NCBI GenBank assembly: GCA_963821375.1
Contig: CAWGDN010000001.1
Span: forward strand, 45,589-109,588
Length of the DNA: 64,000 bases
Source of the DNA: Vicinamibacterales bacterium
GTDB lineage: Bacteria > Acidobacteriota > Vicinamibacteria > Vicinamibacterales > JAMQPK01
Direction of reading: 5' to 3'
The translations under genes and the position numbers were made by a program. Below are positions 1-9,689 of this stretch, piece after piece. Below the pieces are notes generated by a model. That model was not told the DNA's origin. It made no database searches and saw only the letters and a list, made by a program, of their open reading frames with translations. Numbering within the stretch: position 1 is the first letter of the stretch; the number at the start of each line of letters is the position of its first letter.

Positions 1-998
1 GAGCCGAGCGGCGATCTCCACGCTCTCGCCGCGCCATAGACGGCGGCCAGCACAATGGGCGAGAAAATCAGTATTCCGCGGCTCGGGCTCACCGTCAGGC
101 CTGCGAGTCCGACAGGCAGCGAACCGCTGAACATGCTGGCCGTCCCCAACTCTTTGAACCAATATTCGGAACGAAACGGCGCTCCACCCATTGCGTTGTT
201 GAACAGCCAGTAGTTGTACAAAGCGCCGGCCAAACCGACAAACGCGGCCGACGCAGAAAAGCGAAGTATGTCCATGCGGCGCCGTGGCGCTCCGGCCGAA
301 TCCCCGCTGTGTCTCAGCGCTTGATGCACGAGATACAGCCCGAACAGCGCTACGCCTGGCGCCGTCGCGGGTCTCGCGATGACGGCCGCGGCCGCCGCGG
401 CGCCCGCGATGCCGGCACGCCCAGAGGTCAATGCCCACAGCATCACTGCGAAACCCAGGACGGCAGGCGTATGGGTCCACATCGCGAGGCTCGCCGTCGA
501 CCAGACCGAGGTCGCGAGCCCATACGCGATCGCCGCGAAGGCCGCGATGCGGGTGGCGTGTTCGGCGTCTTCAGACATACCCGTGAGGGTTTGGATCAGC
601 ACCTGCCTCGACGCCCGAAAGATCAATACCCCCGAGAGCGCCACCATCAGCGACGCAGCCAGCTTCGAAAACAGATTGGCGACGAGCTCCGCGCGCGCCG
701 GAATGCCAATCCACACCGGCAGCGCATACACCGGCAGTGCCAGCAACGGCCCAACCGGTGGATGGCTATCGTAAAAGTGCCCTCGAGAGTAGAAGAAGTA
801 GTTCGAGAAAAAATCGTCGCCCGCTTGTGCCTTGAATACGTCCGGGACGAAGTCGTCCAGAATCACATCGCCATCGCGCAGGAGGCTGATGGGAACGAAC
901 CGCGATGCGTACGTGTCGTGCGACGAGACCTGCCTGAGATTGATGTTGTAGGCCGCGAGAAGACCGATGAAGAGAAGCAGCTCTGCCTTTCGGCGCAT
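1..998 (-). CDS. Polytopic membrane glycosyltransferase, GT-C-like (ArnT/PMT-type); partial, C-terminus runs off the window
   Basis: Absent from the ORF track because there is no stop inside the window. My minus-strand translation from ATG 996-998 gives MRRKAELLLFIGLLAAYNINLRQVSSHDTYASRF...FYDSHPPVGPLLALPVYALPVW.... The frame stays open to position 1 and contains many hydrophobic helices. The start lies 5 nt after the stop of the upstream methyltransferase gene. Confidence 0.55.
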   Translation of the reverse strand, partial: MRRKAELLLFIGLLAAYNINLRQVSSHDTYASRFVPISLLRDGDVILDDFVPDVFKAQAGDDFFSNYFFYSRGHFYDSHPPVGPLLALPVYALPVWIGIPARAELVANLFSKLAASLMVALSGVLIFRASRQVLIQTLTGMSEDAEHATRIAAFAAIAYGLATSVWSTASLAMWTHTPAVLGFAVMLWALTSGRAGIAGAAAAAAVIARPATAPGVALFGLYLVHQALRHSGDSAGAPRRRMDILRFSASAAFVGLAGALYNYWLFNNAMGGAPFRSEYWFKELGTASMFSGSLPVGLAGLTVSPSRGILIFSPIVLAAVYGAARAWRSPLG

Positions 999-1003
999 GT
1001 GCG

Positions 1004-1687
1004 TCATGGCTTACGGACGAGCACCAGATACTGCGCCCCAGCGGGAATCCCGGCGAACCATCGCTCGAGCGGCCGGAGCCAGCGCAGCATCCGCGGGAAG
1101 AAAAAGAGATAGTCTGATCGAACAATCTCAAAACCGGCGTTGCGCAGCAGGCGCCGTGCCTCTGGAGGTGAGAGCGTGATCGCATCGCGATCGAACGGGA
1201 TGCGGCTCATCACAAGCCGAGTGCCCGGGTTCCATGGATTGTTCTCCCAGAATGCGAACAGGCCGCCTGAGCGCAGCGCACTCGACACGAAGTCGAGTGC
1301 ATCGGCCCTCTCGGACGGTTGAATGTGATGAAACACGCCGTTGCAGAAGGCGATGTCAACCTGCCCCTTCGGCTCATAGTCCTGACGCAGCACGAAGGTG
1401 ACCCCCGGCGAACCGTGCTCGCGTCTGGCGACTTCGAGCAGGCGATGCGAGGCATCGATACCAGTGACCTCTGCGACATGCAGCATTGAGAGGAAGAGCG
1501 GGGTGCTTGCACCGTTGCCGCAGCCAAAATCCAAGAGCGAACGTGGTACAAACCGAAGCTCTTCCAATCGGCGAGCGAGCCAGATGACCCGGGCTCTCGC
1601 AAAGTGGGCAGCGTCCTCGCCGGAGTACTTCAGGCCCTGTTGGAGCGCGTCGACGTAGTCGTCGGCGTAGTCGTCGAACTCGGCCAC
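1004..1687 (-). CDS. Class I SAM-dependent methyltransferase
   Basis: 227-aa ORF with motif I LDFGCGNGAS and downstream FCNGVFHHI. It is tightly packed between the GT2 and GT-C genes. Confidence 0.8.
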   Translation of the reverse strand: MAEFDDYADDYVDALQQGLKYSGEDAAHFARARVIWLARRLEELRFVPRSLLDFGCGNGASTPLFLSMLHVAEVTGIDASHRLLEVARREHGSPGVTFVLRQDYEPKGQVDIAFCNGVFHHIQPSERADALDFVSSALRSGGLFAFWENNPWNPGTRLVMSRIPFDRDAITLSPPEARRLLRNAGFEIVRSDYLFFFPRMLRWLRPLERWFAGIPAGAQYLVLVRKP

Positions 1688-1693
1688 GTTTCT

Positions 1694-2944
1694 TTAACGA
1701 GGAAACGCTGAGGGGCGGGTCGTCGCGGTGAGAGGAACCTCAGCAGGTTCAGCGGCCGCCGGCAGCTCGCGGCCGAGACGCTGCGTCTTCCAAATCGCCA
1801 CAACCTTGAACAGCACGCCAAACACCAGGATGTGCCCCACGCTGAACAACGCAAACGCGCCGGTCAGCAAGCGCGACCAATGCAAACTCACATGTCCGGT
1901 TGTGACAAATTCGACGATGCCGGGCCAGAGAACAACGGAGGCACCACCTAGAAGCAACGCGACCAGAAGAGTCAACACCGCAGGGCGGCCGAGCACTCGT
2001 GCGCACAGCGACGACCAGAACTGATCGGCCTCTTGACGACGCGACCCCAGATACGCCATCTGATTGGTCAGTGCGGTCGCCAGCAGCAGTAGCAACCCAA
2101 ACGCGCCCAGGAGAAAACAGGCCATGAAGCGGTAAATCATCCACTCCTCGAGCAGGCCGTTTTTGAGATAGAACTCCGTCGGGTACGCCGCCAGCAGGAC
2201 ACCCATCGAAATGCAGAATAGAACACCCAACAGGAAGATCTTCTCCGGGCGATAGCACAACACGCCCGAAATAATCGCCCGAAGGAATCGCACACCGTCG
2301 GCGAGCACGCTCAATTTGCTCGTGCCGATTCGATCGGCGTAACTCATGGGCAGTTCGATGACTCGAAGGTCGTTCAACAGAGCACGTGCGCTCATGGAGG
2401 GCGTGAAGTGCAGTCCGTCCGGCAGCGGCAGAAGATCACGCAGCGCGCTTCGCTGCACGACCCGCATTCCGCTTGCCGCATCGGTCACCCGGCGCCCACA
2501 AAGGAACCCGAGCAGGAGCGCATAGATCCGATTACCGAAACGACGAATGCCCGGCATTTGCGAGTCTGGCCCGAGTCGCGATCCCAGCACGACGTCGGCG
2601 CGCTCACCGATGGCCGCAAGACACATTGGACCGAAAAAGAGCGGATCGCACGTGCCATCGGCGTCGAGGAACGCCAGCAGGTTGCCTCGGCCTACCCGCC
2701 ATCCCTCCTTGATCGCAGCCCCGTAACCCCGGTTCTCGACAAAAACGATGACGCGGACGTCGCTGAACCCTCGCGCGATCTCCGCAGTGCGATCCGTGGA
2801 GCCATCGCTCACCACGATGATCTCGATGTCGTCCAGGCCGGCCACAGCTGCAATCTCCTGGCGGGCATCCAGGCATCTCGCAATCGTTGCACCGATCGCG
2901 CTCTCCTCGTTCAGTGCCGGGATGACGATGGTCAGGCTATTCAT
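1694..2944 (-). CDS. GT2 family glycosyltransferase, polyprenol-phosphate-sugar synthase-like (GtrB/ArnC/DPM1-type) with C-terminal TM helices
   Basis: Motifs LTIVIPALNEE, VVSDGSTDRT, ENRGYGAAIKEG and FLDADGTCDP (DXD); hydrophobic C-terminal third. Start moved to MNSLTIV (ATG 2942-2944) from the track start at 2992. Confidence 0.8.
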   Translation of the reverse strand: MNSLTIVIPALNEESAIGATIARCLDARQEIAAVAGLDDIEIIVVSDGSTDRTAEIARGFSDVRVIVFVENRGYGAAIKEGWRVGRGNLLAFLDADGTCDPLFFGPMCLAAIGERADVVLGSRLGPDSQMPGIRRFGNRIYALLLGFLCGRRVTDAASGMRVVQRSALRDLLPLPDGLHFTPSMSARALLNDLRVIELPMSYADRIGTSKLSVLADGVRFLRAIISGVLCYRPEKIFLLGVLFCISMGVLLAAYPTEFYLKNGLLEEWMIYRFMACFLLGAFGLLLLLATALTNQMAYLGSRRQEADQFWSSLCARVLGRPAVLTLLVALLLGGASVVLWPGIVEFVTTGHVSLHWSRLLTGAFALFSVGHILVFGVLFKVVAIWKTQRLGRELPAAAEPAEVPLTATTRPSAFPR

Positions 2945-2984
2945 GCAAGATTGGGATCGACAATAGCGCGAGTATACTCCGGCC

Positions 2985-4884
2985 TTGCACAATCTGACCC
3001 AGAGGCTTCAGATCGTTTCGCGCGTGCTCATTCGGGCCTCTGTCGCGTTGTTCACCTGTGTCGTCCTGCTGCTCTTTCAATCGGTTTTCTGGACTCCAGC
3101 GGCATCACCGGCTCTGCGTGCGCTGATCGCTGCGCTCGCCGTGCTGTCGTACTTTCGCCCGCATCTGGGCTTGCTCACCGTGATCGCCTTTGCACCACTC
3201 GGGCGTCTACTGAGCGCGTTGCTCGACTCGCCTGCCCGCGTCGCCGAAGCCATCGCGCTCGCATGTCTCGCTGGTGCGCTAGTGCGAGGGTGGACACGAG
3301 GGCGGTTTCGGGACTTCCCAAACAACAGGCTTCAAGTCGCAGCGCTGGTCTTTGGATTGATTGTGTGCGCATCGTGTCTGGAGCAGCTATGGCTGCTCCA
3401 GCTGCAGACCGATTTCCCTGGGCGGTTTATCGCGGCCTTCACCGGTTACGCCGCCGGTCAGTACATCGGCGCGTACCGAGGATTCAGGACTGTTTTCTAC
3501 GCCATGCTGCTACTCGAAGGCGCAGCGCTGCTTGTGCTTGCCGCAGACCGCTGCGAGAGGCAGCGCGATCTCGCGCCTCGACTCGTCCGCATGCTCGTGA
3601 TCGTCACGGCTGGCATTTCGGTCCTCAATCTGGCGTTCTTCGCGAACGAACTCATGGATACTGGCGACGTCCAGGCGCGTTTCGTGGAGTTTCTTACGCG
3701 GCGGTTCAGCGCCCACATCGGCGACGTCAATGCGGCTGGATCATTCCTCGCCATGGGCCTCACGATTGCCGCAGCCATGGGCGTGAGTGGAAGGTTCGGC
3801 CGATGGCCCACCGCGGCTGCTGTTGCGATACTTCCAGCGCTCTGGCTCACGCGATCGCGTGCCGCGCTCCTGGCGGTGGTGGCCGTTGGCGTGGTAGCAG
3901 CGATCCGACAACTCATGCTCTGGCTGCAACGGCCGGGTCTGGTGGCAGTCGGCGCGGCGGTCGGGCTTGCGATCGCAGGAGTTGTCGTCCCGACTGTTCT
4001 GCCCGCCCATTTCTTCGACTCAACGGCCAACCGGGCCGCCAACATCCGGCTCATGTTTCTGGAAGCCACGTGGAAGATGCTGCAGGACTATCCTGTTTTC
4101 GGCCTCGGCGTCGGACAATATGCCGCGTGGTCGGGACGGTATGCCTCGCCAGAGCTGAGGGCGATCTATCAGAGCGAGAACGCACACAACAACTTCGCGC
4201 AGATCGCCGGAGAGCTCGGGATCGCCGGCCTTGCCGCCTTTCTCATCGTGCTCGCCGTCTCGCTCCGTTCTCGTCCCAGTACCGGCAATCGTGTGGGAGG
4301 CGTGTCTCGGTCGGTTGCAATCGGCATCCGTCGTGTTCCTCTTCACCTGCCTTGCAGGACATCCTCTACTGCTGCCGGAAGTCGCGTACGTCTTCTGGCT
4401 TGCGCTCGCGGTCGCAGCGATCGGCGTGCCCGCGATTTCGCCGCCGGGGCAGCTGTCTTCACGAGGCTTCATCGCCGCAATCGCCCTCGTGCTCGCTATC
4501 TCCGTGGCTCCGCGGGTCTCTTTCAAGACCCGCGCGATCGATCTATCGGGCGTCGTGTACGGCCTTTCCAATGGCCGCATTGCCGACTCTCACGCGCGCG
4601 TGCTCGTCTCGGCTGACGCTACCGAGGTGACGGTTCCCCTGAGGGGCCGCGGCGCTATGCGCGACTACCCGCTCGAAATCGATGTTTCGCTCGACGGAAG
4701 GCGCGTCAACACGCTGACGATTGCCGACCGCGGTTGGCAATCGGTGTGGATGCCACTCCAGCCCGGGTCCGCACGACGGCTTCACCGCGTGGATTTGACG
4801 ATTCGCCCATCACAAGGTTCTCGCGCGGTCAGACGAGGCATCGAGATCGGCGAACCGGTCATAATTCCCAAGCCACATGGTTAA
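2985..4884 (+). pseudogene. O-antigen ligase/polymerase family (Wzy_C-type) membrane protein with extra C-terminal beta-rich domain; one apparent frameshift
   Basis: Track ORF 2985..4616 carries ENAHNNFAQIAGELGIAGLAAFLIVL and about 10 TM helices, then turns Arg-rich after about 4260-4330. Plausible sequence (VVFLFTCLAGHPLLLPEVAYVFWLALAV...) continues in the frame of ORF 4231..4884. TTG start at 2985 is uncertain. Confidence 0.65.
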
Positions 4885-6160
4885 GCTGCCTACGCCGCGA
4901 GGCCCCATCATCGTTGTCGGCGACATCATGTGCGACCACTACGTGTGGGGCGACGTCGAACGCATTTCTCCGGAGGCTCCGGTACAGGTTCTCAGGTGGG
5001 AGCGCGAGGCAAACCTTCCGGGCGGCGCCGCAAACGCGGCCATGAATCTCGCTGCGCTGGGTTGCCAGGTGCACCTGGTCGGGACGGTTGGCCGGGACGC
5101 GCCTGGAACCTGGTTGATCGACCACCTCCGATCGAGCGGCGTCAGAACCGCCGGCGTGGTGCGCTCGAAATCCCGAGCCACGATCATCAAGACCCGCGTC
5201 ATGGCGAAAAGCCAGCATATGCTGCGCATCGATCGCGAGCCTCGTGAGCCGATCGGCGAGTCGGACGTCCGGCAGATGCTCACCGCGCTCCGCACGCTCA
5301 CGAAGCGAGCTGCCGGCATTCTGTGTTCCGACTACAACAAAGGGGTGCTCAGCATCCCTGTGTTGCGTGCGAGCCTGGCGCACGGCAGGGCGTTCACCGT
5401 CGTCGATCCCAAAAGCCGTGACTTTCGCAGGTATCGCGGCGCTCATCTGCTGACGCCGAACGAGCGCGAGCTGATGGAAGCGTCGGGCGATTCGGATCCC
5501 ATGACCCGTGGCGACGCGGTGATCCAGCGGCGCGCGCGAGTCGTGATGCGGCGTCATGGATTCAAGTCGCTGCTCGTCACCAGAGGCGCGAGCGGCATGG
5601 ACCTGTTCGTCTCGGTGCGCAACCGGATTGAGCGCACCCACATTCCGGCCCTCCAGCGGCACGAGGTCTTCGACGTAACGGGAGCCGGCGATACCGTGGC
5701 GGCGATGATGGTGATGGGAGGGGCCAGCGACCTCGAACTGTCTGAGGCGGCCCGGCTCGCCAACGCCGCAGCAGGGCTCGTCGTCGGGTCGGTCGGCACG
5801 GCGGTCGCGGATCGTGATGCGCTCGAGCGCATCATCAACGGCGAATCGTCTCACGCGCGCGCCAAGGTGCTGTCGCCCCAGTCGCTAGCCACGCGGGTTG
5901 AGGAGGCAAAACGCAAGGGTCTGGTCGTCGCCCTCACGAGCGGCACCTACGACGCCTTGAACGTGGCTGATCTGCGCGCGCTCCAGAACGCTCGCGCCGA
6001 GTGCGACGTGCTGGTCGTGGGCGTCCGTGCGCGAGGCGAGGCCGGACAGCAGCGCGCGGAGCTCGTCGCGGCGCTCAGATTCGTGGACTATGTGACGGTG
6101 GTCGGCGACGGCTCCGCCGCTTCGCTGGCCAAAGCGCTGCGTCCCGATCGGGTCCTGTAA
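4877..6160 (+). CDS. HldE/RfaE-like D-glycero-beta-D-manno-heptose-7-phosphate kinase (pfkB domain) fused to a degenerate, truncated cytidylyltransferase-like domain
   Basis: N-terminal IVVGDIMCDHYVWGDVERISPEAPV and pfkB anion-hole motif DVTGAGDTV. In the C-terminal ~95 aa, the nucleotidyltransferase signature position reads TSGTYDALNVAD (5936-5971) instead of TNGCFDxLHxGH. Confidence 0.8.
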   Translation: MVKLPTPRGPIIVVGDIMCDHYVWGDVERISPEAPVQVLRWEREANLPGGAANAAMNLAALGCQVHLVGTVGRDAPGTWLIDHLRSSGVRTAGVVRSKSRATIIKTRVMAKSQHMLRIDREPREPIGESDVRQMLTALRTLTKRAAGILCSDYNKGVLSIPVLRASLAHGRAFTVVDPKSRDFRRYRGAHLLTPNERELMEASGDSDPMTRGDAVIQRRARVVMRRHGFKSLLVTRGASGMDLFVSVRNRIERTHIPALQRHEVFDVTGAGDTVAAMMVMGGASDLELSEAARLANAAAGLVVGSVGTAVADRDALERIINGESSHARAKVLSPQSLATRVEEAKRKGLVVALTSGTYDALNVADLRALQNARAECDVLVVGVRARGEAGQQRAELVAALRFVDYVTVVGDGSAASLAKALRPDRVL

Positions 6161-6186
6161 GGCGGGTCTTGCTCGTGAGACCCGCC
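6161..6186. terminator. GC-rich hairpin between convergent genes (followed by a second imperfect hairpin at 6191-6211)
   Basis: GGCGGGTCT-tgctcgtg-AGACCCGCC, a perfect 9-bp stem, lying between the stop at 6160 (+) and the stop at 6219 (-). Confidence 0.5.
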
Positions 6187-6218
6187 ACGAGCCAGGTCCG
6201 AAGGACCCGGCCTACGGG

Positions 6219-7646
6219 CTACAGCTTCTCGCCGATCGCGGCGTAGTCGAGATAGCTGAACAGAAGCGAGTTCAATTTCCGGAAGTTGTCGTTGAAGGCA
6301 ATCTCCATGACTGTCGGGCCGCCGTACGGCCCTGCTCCGGAGTTGGGAACCGTCTGGAGCTTTTCCTCGTCCGGATACGGCGCGCTGTACCGCACGTCGA
6401 CATTCTGAAAGCCGCTCGCCCGCAGGAAGTACTGCAGCGTGTCAGGGTGCAGCGGGCGCACGTGGGTGACGTCGCGGATGTAACTCGAGAAGAACGCGAA
6501 CCAGCACGCAGGGTTGATCGTCTCGAGCACGATCTTCGAGCCAGGCCGCATCTTTCGAAACGCGGCGTCGAGGAACCGCATCAAATAATCGGGCTCGAGA
6601 TGTTCGACCACCTGCGCGGCGAGAATGCCGCCAATCGATTCGTCGGGACGCGACAGTAGGAACGACAGCCCGTCGCCTTCGGTTGCGCTGAGGCCGCGCT
6701 CGCGGCAGACCGCCACCATCTCGTCGTTCAGATCGACGCCATGGCCACTGATGCCGCGCTCGCGCAGCAGGTCCAGAAACTCGCCACGCCCGCATCCGAT
6801 ATCCAGGACGTCGCTCGCTCCCTCGAACAGCGGCAGATACTCGGCCACCCGGCCTCGAATGTCCAGTTGCGACCCTCTGAACTGATCTTCGAAGCCGACG
6901 TACTTATAGGAGTTCGCTGGCGCAGCCACGGCTGGGGCCGAGGTCGATCCCGCACTCGCTGGCGTGCTCGGCGCCGTCGAGGCAGGCGCCGGTCGGCCGC
7001 GCTCGAGCTCTCGGACGAGAGCCTGCACCGACCGCTGCACGACACTCAGCGTGGTCCGCACGTCGTTCACTTGCGCGTCATATCGGCGCTCGCGCGCCAC
7101 CATCGATTCCCATCGCTTCTGGATGTCGTCGGCAAGGCCCTGAAGGCCAGCCGCAACGCCATGCATCAGTCCCGCGACATGACGATCTTTGGTATCGACA
7201 TATGGCGTGATCAACTGAAAGTACACAATCAGCAGATTTTGGAACTCGACGAACAGCTGCTGGTGCTCGCGAAGCGCTTCAACCGTATCTGACAGCGCCT
7301 GAGTCGCCTCGCGGTGCATCGCCACGTTGCGGTTCACGTGGTCCACGAGCGCAGAATTGAACGCCTGCTGACGCTCGAAGATCGGCGCCACCATTCCCCA
7401 CATGTGCTGCCGCAGCCTCCGCAGCCACCCTCCCCCATCGCCCGGCCGCAGCGACAGCAGCTCCCATCGCTCATTCAGCGGCGTGATCTGAAATTCGTCG
7501 TATGGCCGTGGCGAACCCGGCAGCTCGCGAGCCGCCCGGATGGCACCGTCCACTCGTGTGAGCGCCTCGTTGTACGCCCGATCGGCGTTCTCGCGTTCGC
7601 GTTCGAGGCGCGCCAGCTCCTCGGCGCTGCCCTTAACCTCTGGCAT
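6219..7646 (-). CDS. SAM-dependent methyltransferase with long N-terminal coiled-coil region
   Basis: C-terminal VLDIGCGRGEFLDLLRERGISGHGVDLN class I MTase core. N-terminal ~250 aa are heptad-like and charged (ELARLERERENADRAYNEAL...), followed by a Pro/Ala/Ser linker. Start chosen at MPEVKG. Confidence 0.75.
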   Translation of the reverse strand: MPEVKGSAEELARLERERENADRAYNEALTRVDGAIRAARELPGSPRPYDEFQITPLNERWELLSLRPGDGGGWLRRLRQHMWGMVAPIFERQQAFNSALVDHVNRNVAMHREATQALSDTVEALREHQQLFVEFQNLLIVYFQLITPYVDTKDRHVAGLMHGVAAGLQGLADDIQKRWESMVARERRYDAQVNDVRTTLSVVQRSVQALVRELERGRPAPASTAPSTPASAGSTSAPAVAAPANSYKYVGFEDQFRGSQLDIRGRVAEYLPLFEGASDVLDIGCGRGEFLDLLRERGISGHGVDLNDEMVAVCRERGLSATEGDGLSFLLSRPDESIGGILAAQVVEHLEPDYLMRFLDAAFRKMRPGSKIVLETINPACWFAFFSSYIRDVTHVRPLHPDTLQYFLRASGFQNVDVRYSAPYPDEEKLQTVPNSGAGPYGGPTVMEIAFNDNFRKLNSLLFSYLDYAAIGEKL

Positions 7647-8322
7647 CCGGCTGACTCTTTCTCCTGAGCACAAGAACAACGACCCTCCGAGACCTGACCT
7701 TTGACTTCAGCGCCGTACGGAACTCGCCGCGCCGGAGAAACGAAAGACGGCGCCTGATGCCCTGCATTGTGAAGCGCGGCAGCACATCGAGCACGTCGTC
7801 CAAGTCGAAGAAACGACCGACGAGCCCGCGCAACTCCTCGAGCGAGCAGCCAAACACATCGATCTTCGTCGCTTCAGTCACGTGAGCATGCAGCCTGGTG
7901 TACGGCAGATAGAGCCGGCCAGCCGGCGACAGTGTCTCGCTCCAGCGCCTGAACAACAGCTCCGGATCGTAAGTGTGATCCCAGGAATTGGAGTACATGA
8001 AGTCGATCGCGCCGAGCCACTCCGGCTTCACCTCGTGCATATCCCATTCGAGACAATTCGGCACCGATCGAGCCGTGTCCGAAATGTCCGTACCTGTGAT
8101 GTCCACACTTGGAAGCAAGCGACGCAAGACCTGAACTTCGTATCCATTACGAACGCCGTGGCACAAGCCCCGGCCGGATCCACCCGGCGCATGGGCCCGG
8201 TAGTGCACGGCGATTCGCCGAAGCTCGGGATCCTCGGCATAGACCTGGTGGTACTTCCGCTTGTTGGCAGCGACCTGTACCTGCTTGTATTCGTCGTAGT
8301 CGTTAAAGGTCAGCAGCTTCAT
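7633..8322 (-). CDS. Hypothetical protein, probable methyltransferase fold
   Basis: 229-aa ORF with a motif I-like GLCHGVRNGYE and then DITGTDISD and FMYSNSWDHTYDP. ATGA overlap with the upstream GT4 gene. Confidence 0.5.
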   Translation of the reverse strand: MKLLTFNDYDEYKQVQVAANKRKYHQVYAEDPELRRIAVHYRAHAPGGSGRGLCHGVRNGYEVQVLRRLLPSVDITGTDISDTARSVPNCLEWDMHEVKPEWLGAIDFMYSNSWDHTYDPELLFRRWSETLSPAGRLYLPYTRLHAHVTEATKIDVFGCSLEELRGLVGRFFDLDDVLDVLPRFTMQGIRRRLSFLRRGEFRTALKSKVRSRRVVVLVLRRKSQPDARG

Positions 8323-9671
8323 TGCGCAAACGGTGAACCCGTCATCGGAAAGTCCCCCAGTAGGTCCTCGGCGAACTCGAGTCCTGTGGAGCGAAGATGA
8401 GGAGGCAAGCCTCGCGCCGCCAGTTCGGGAACCGGCCGCTCAAGCACGTCGGTCAGCACACGACCGTACGCGGCGCTCATCTGATCGAGCCTGAAGCGCG
8501 TCGACCATAGCTCGGTTGCATGCGTACCAAGGGTACTGCGAAGCGCCTCGTCACGCGACAAGCGCCGCATCGCCAGCCTCAACGAGTGATCTTCGTCGAG
8601 GATATCAACGCTCACGCCAACAGGTCGCTCCTCGCCCCCCGTGTGCAGCACTCCCCAATTCCGAGGATCAAGCGTCGGGACATCGACCATATGCACGAGG
8701 TCGGTCGTGATCGTGGCCTTTCCCGACGCGAGACATCGCAGCCAGGATGCCGACGTCTCGCGCGACGTCGGCCATCTGAGACACAGGCAGACGTCCGAGG
8801 CTTCCAGATAGTCGTGCAGCTCGGAATCGTCCACGTAGCCTGCCACCGTCACGCGTCCACCAATACCCAGCGCAGCGGCATCAGCAGCCACGTCAAGATC
8901 TTCAGTCGTTTCTCCTGCGACGAGCAGGTGCGCTTCCGGGCAGACCTCGACCGTCGATGCCAGTGCCCGCAAGATCGAACGGATCCGTTTTTCTGCGGTC
9001 ACCTTACCGAACGCGGTGAAGACGATGGCGTTCTCCGGAATCGAGTGGCGCTGCCGAATCAGGCGGCGAGCGTCGGCACGGATTTCAGGCTTCGGAACGC
9101 CCATTTCGACGACGTCTATGTGGGCGTCAGGATGCTGCTCTCGCACGCTGTCAGCAAGCCAGGAATTGTGTACAACGATGCCACGGCTGGTCTCGACGAC
9201 TGTGCGGAGCATCGGCCACAGGTATGTGAGTGACCCCAGCAATCCGGCAATGCCCAGTTCGGCAATGTCTGGCGGCGCTGACGGATGATTGAACCACAGC
9301 TCGCTGCGGTACGCGTCCTTCCTGGGATAGCGACGCTGAAGGAGCATCCGGCCACGCGCATGATGCAGCTGGCCGTCGTGGAGCACGACGAGGCCGGGAT
9401 AGCGAGTGAGGTACCCCCACATGTAGTCGTGGCACGGCGCGTTGCCGAGCTGATACACCACGAGGTCATAGGCCTGCTGGCTGTTCCTCCACGAGAAGTC
9501 GAATGCGCTGTATGCGCGAATTCCTGTCGGAGGCACGGCCTTGGCCGACTCGCCATCGACGAAGGCATCGATCTCGAACGAGGACTGGAGCCGCGGAAGC
9601 AGCTCCGCGTTGTATTGCGCGATACCGGACTTGACGGGCGGAAGAGGAGCAAACCAGGCGAGTCGATTCAT
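8319..9671 (-). CDS. Glycosyltransferase family 4 (GT-B, group 1)
   Basis: 450-aa ORF. N-terminal LAWFAPLPPVKSGIAQYN and C-terminal LLVAGE...GYVDDSELHDYLEASDVCLCLR...ETSASWLRCLASGKATI. Confidence 0.8.
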   Translation of the reverse strand: MNRLAWFAPLPPVKSGIAQYNAELLPRLQSSFEIDAFVDGESAKAVPPTGIRAYSAFDFSWRNSQQAYDLVVYQLGNAPCHDYMWGYLTRYPGLVVLHDGQLHHARGRMLLQRRYPRKDAYRSELWFNHPSAPPDIAELGIAGLLGSLTYLWPMLRTVVETSRGIVVHNSWLADSVREQHPDAHIDVVEMGVPKPEIRADARRLIRQRHSIPENAIVFTAFGKVTAEKRIRSILRALASTVEVCPEAHLLVAGETTEDLDVAADAAALGIGGRVTVAGYVDDSELHDYLEASDVCLCLRWPTSRETSASWLRCLASGKATITTDLVHMVDVPTLDPRNWGVLHTGGEERPVGVSVDILDEDHSLRLAMRRLSRDEALRSTLGTHATELWSTRFRLDQMSAAYGRVLTDVLERPVPELAARGLPPHLRSTGLEFAEDLLGDFPMTGSPFAQ

Positions 9672-9689
9672 GCGCGCGCGGCCTTCATC

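Noticed and set aside
2408-4630. 740-aa ORF on the + strand, and similar long ORFs (309..1112, 4859..5854, 21617..22759, 24075..25439, 25384..26892, 36258..38129, 41739..42824, 43376..44254, 51740..53320, 54146..55297, 56746..58476)
   Set aside because: All are extremely Arg/Pro/Ala-rich with no recognisable motifs. They lie antisense to, or out of frame with, genes that have clear family signatures. They are typical shadow ORFs of a high-GC genome.
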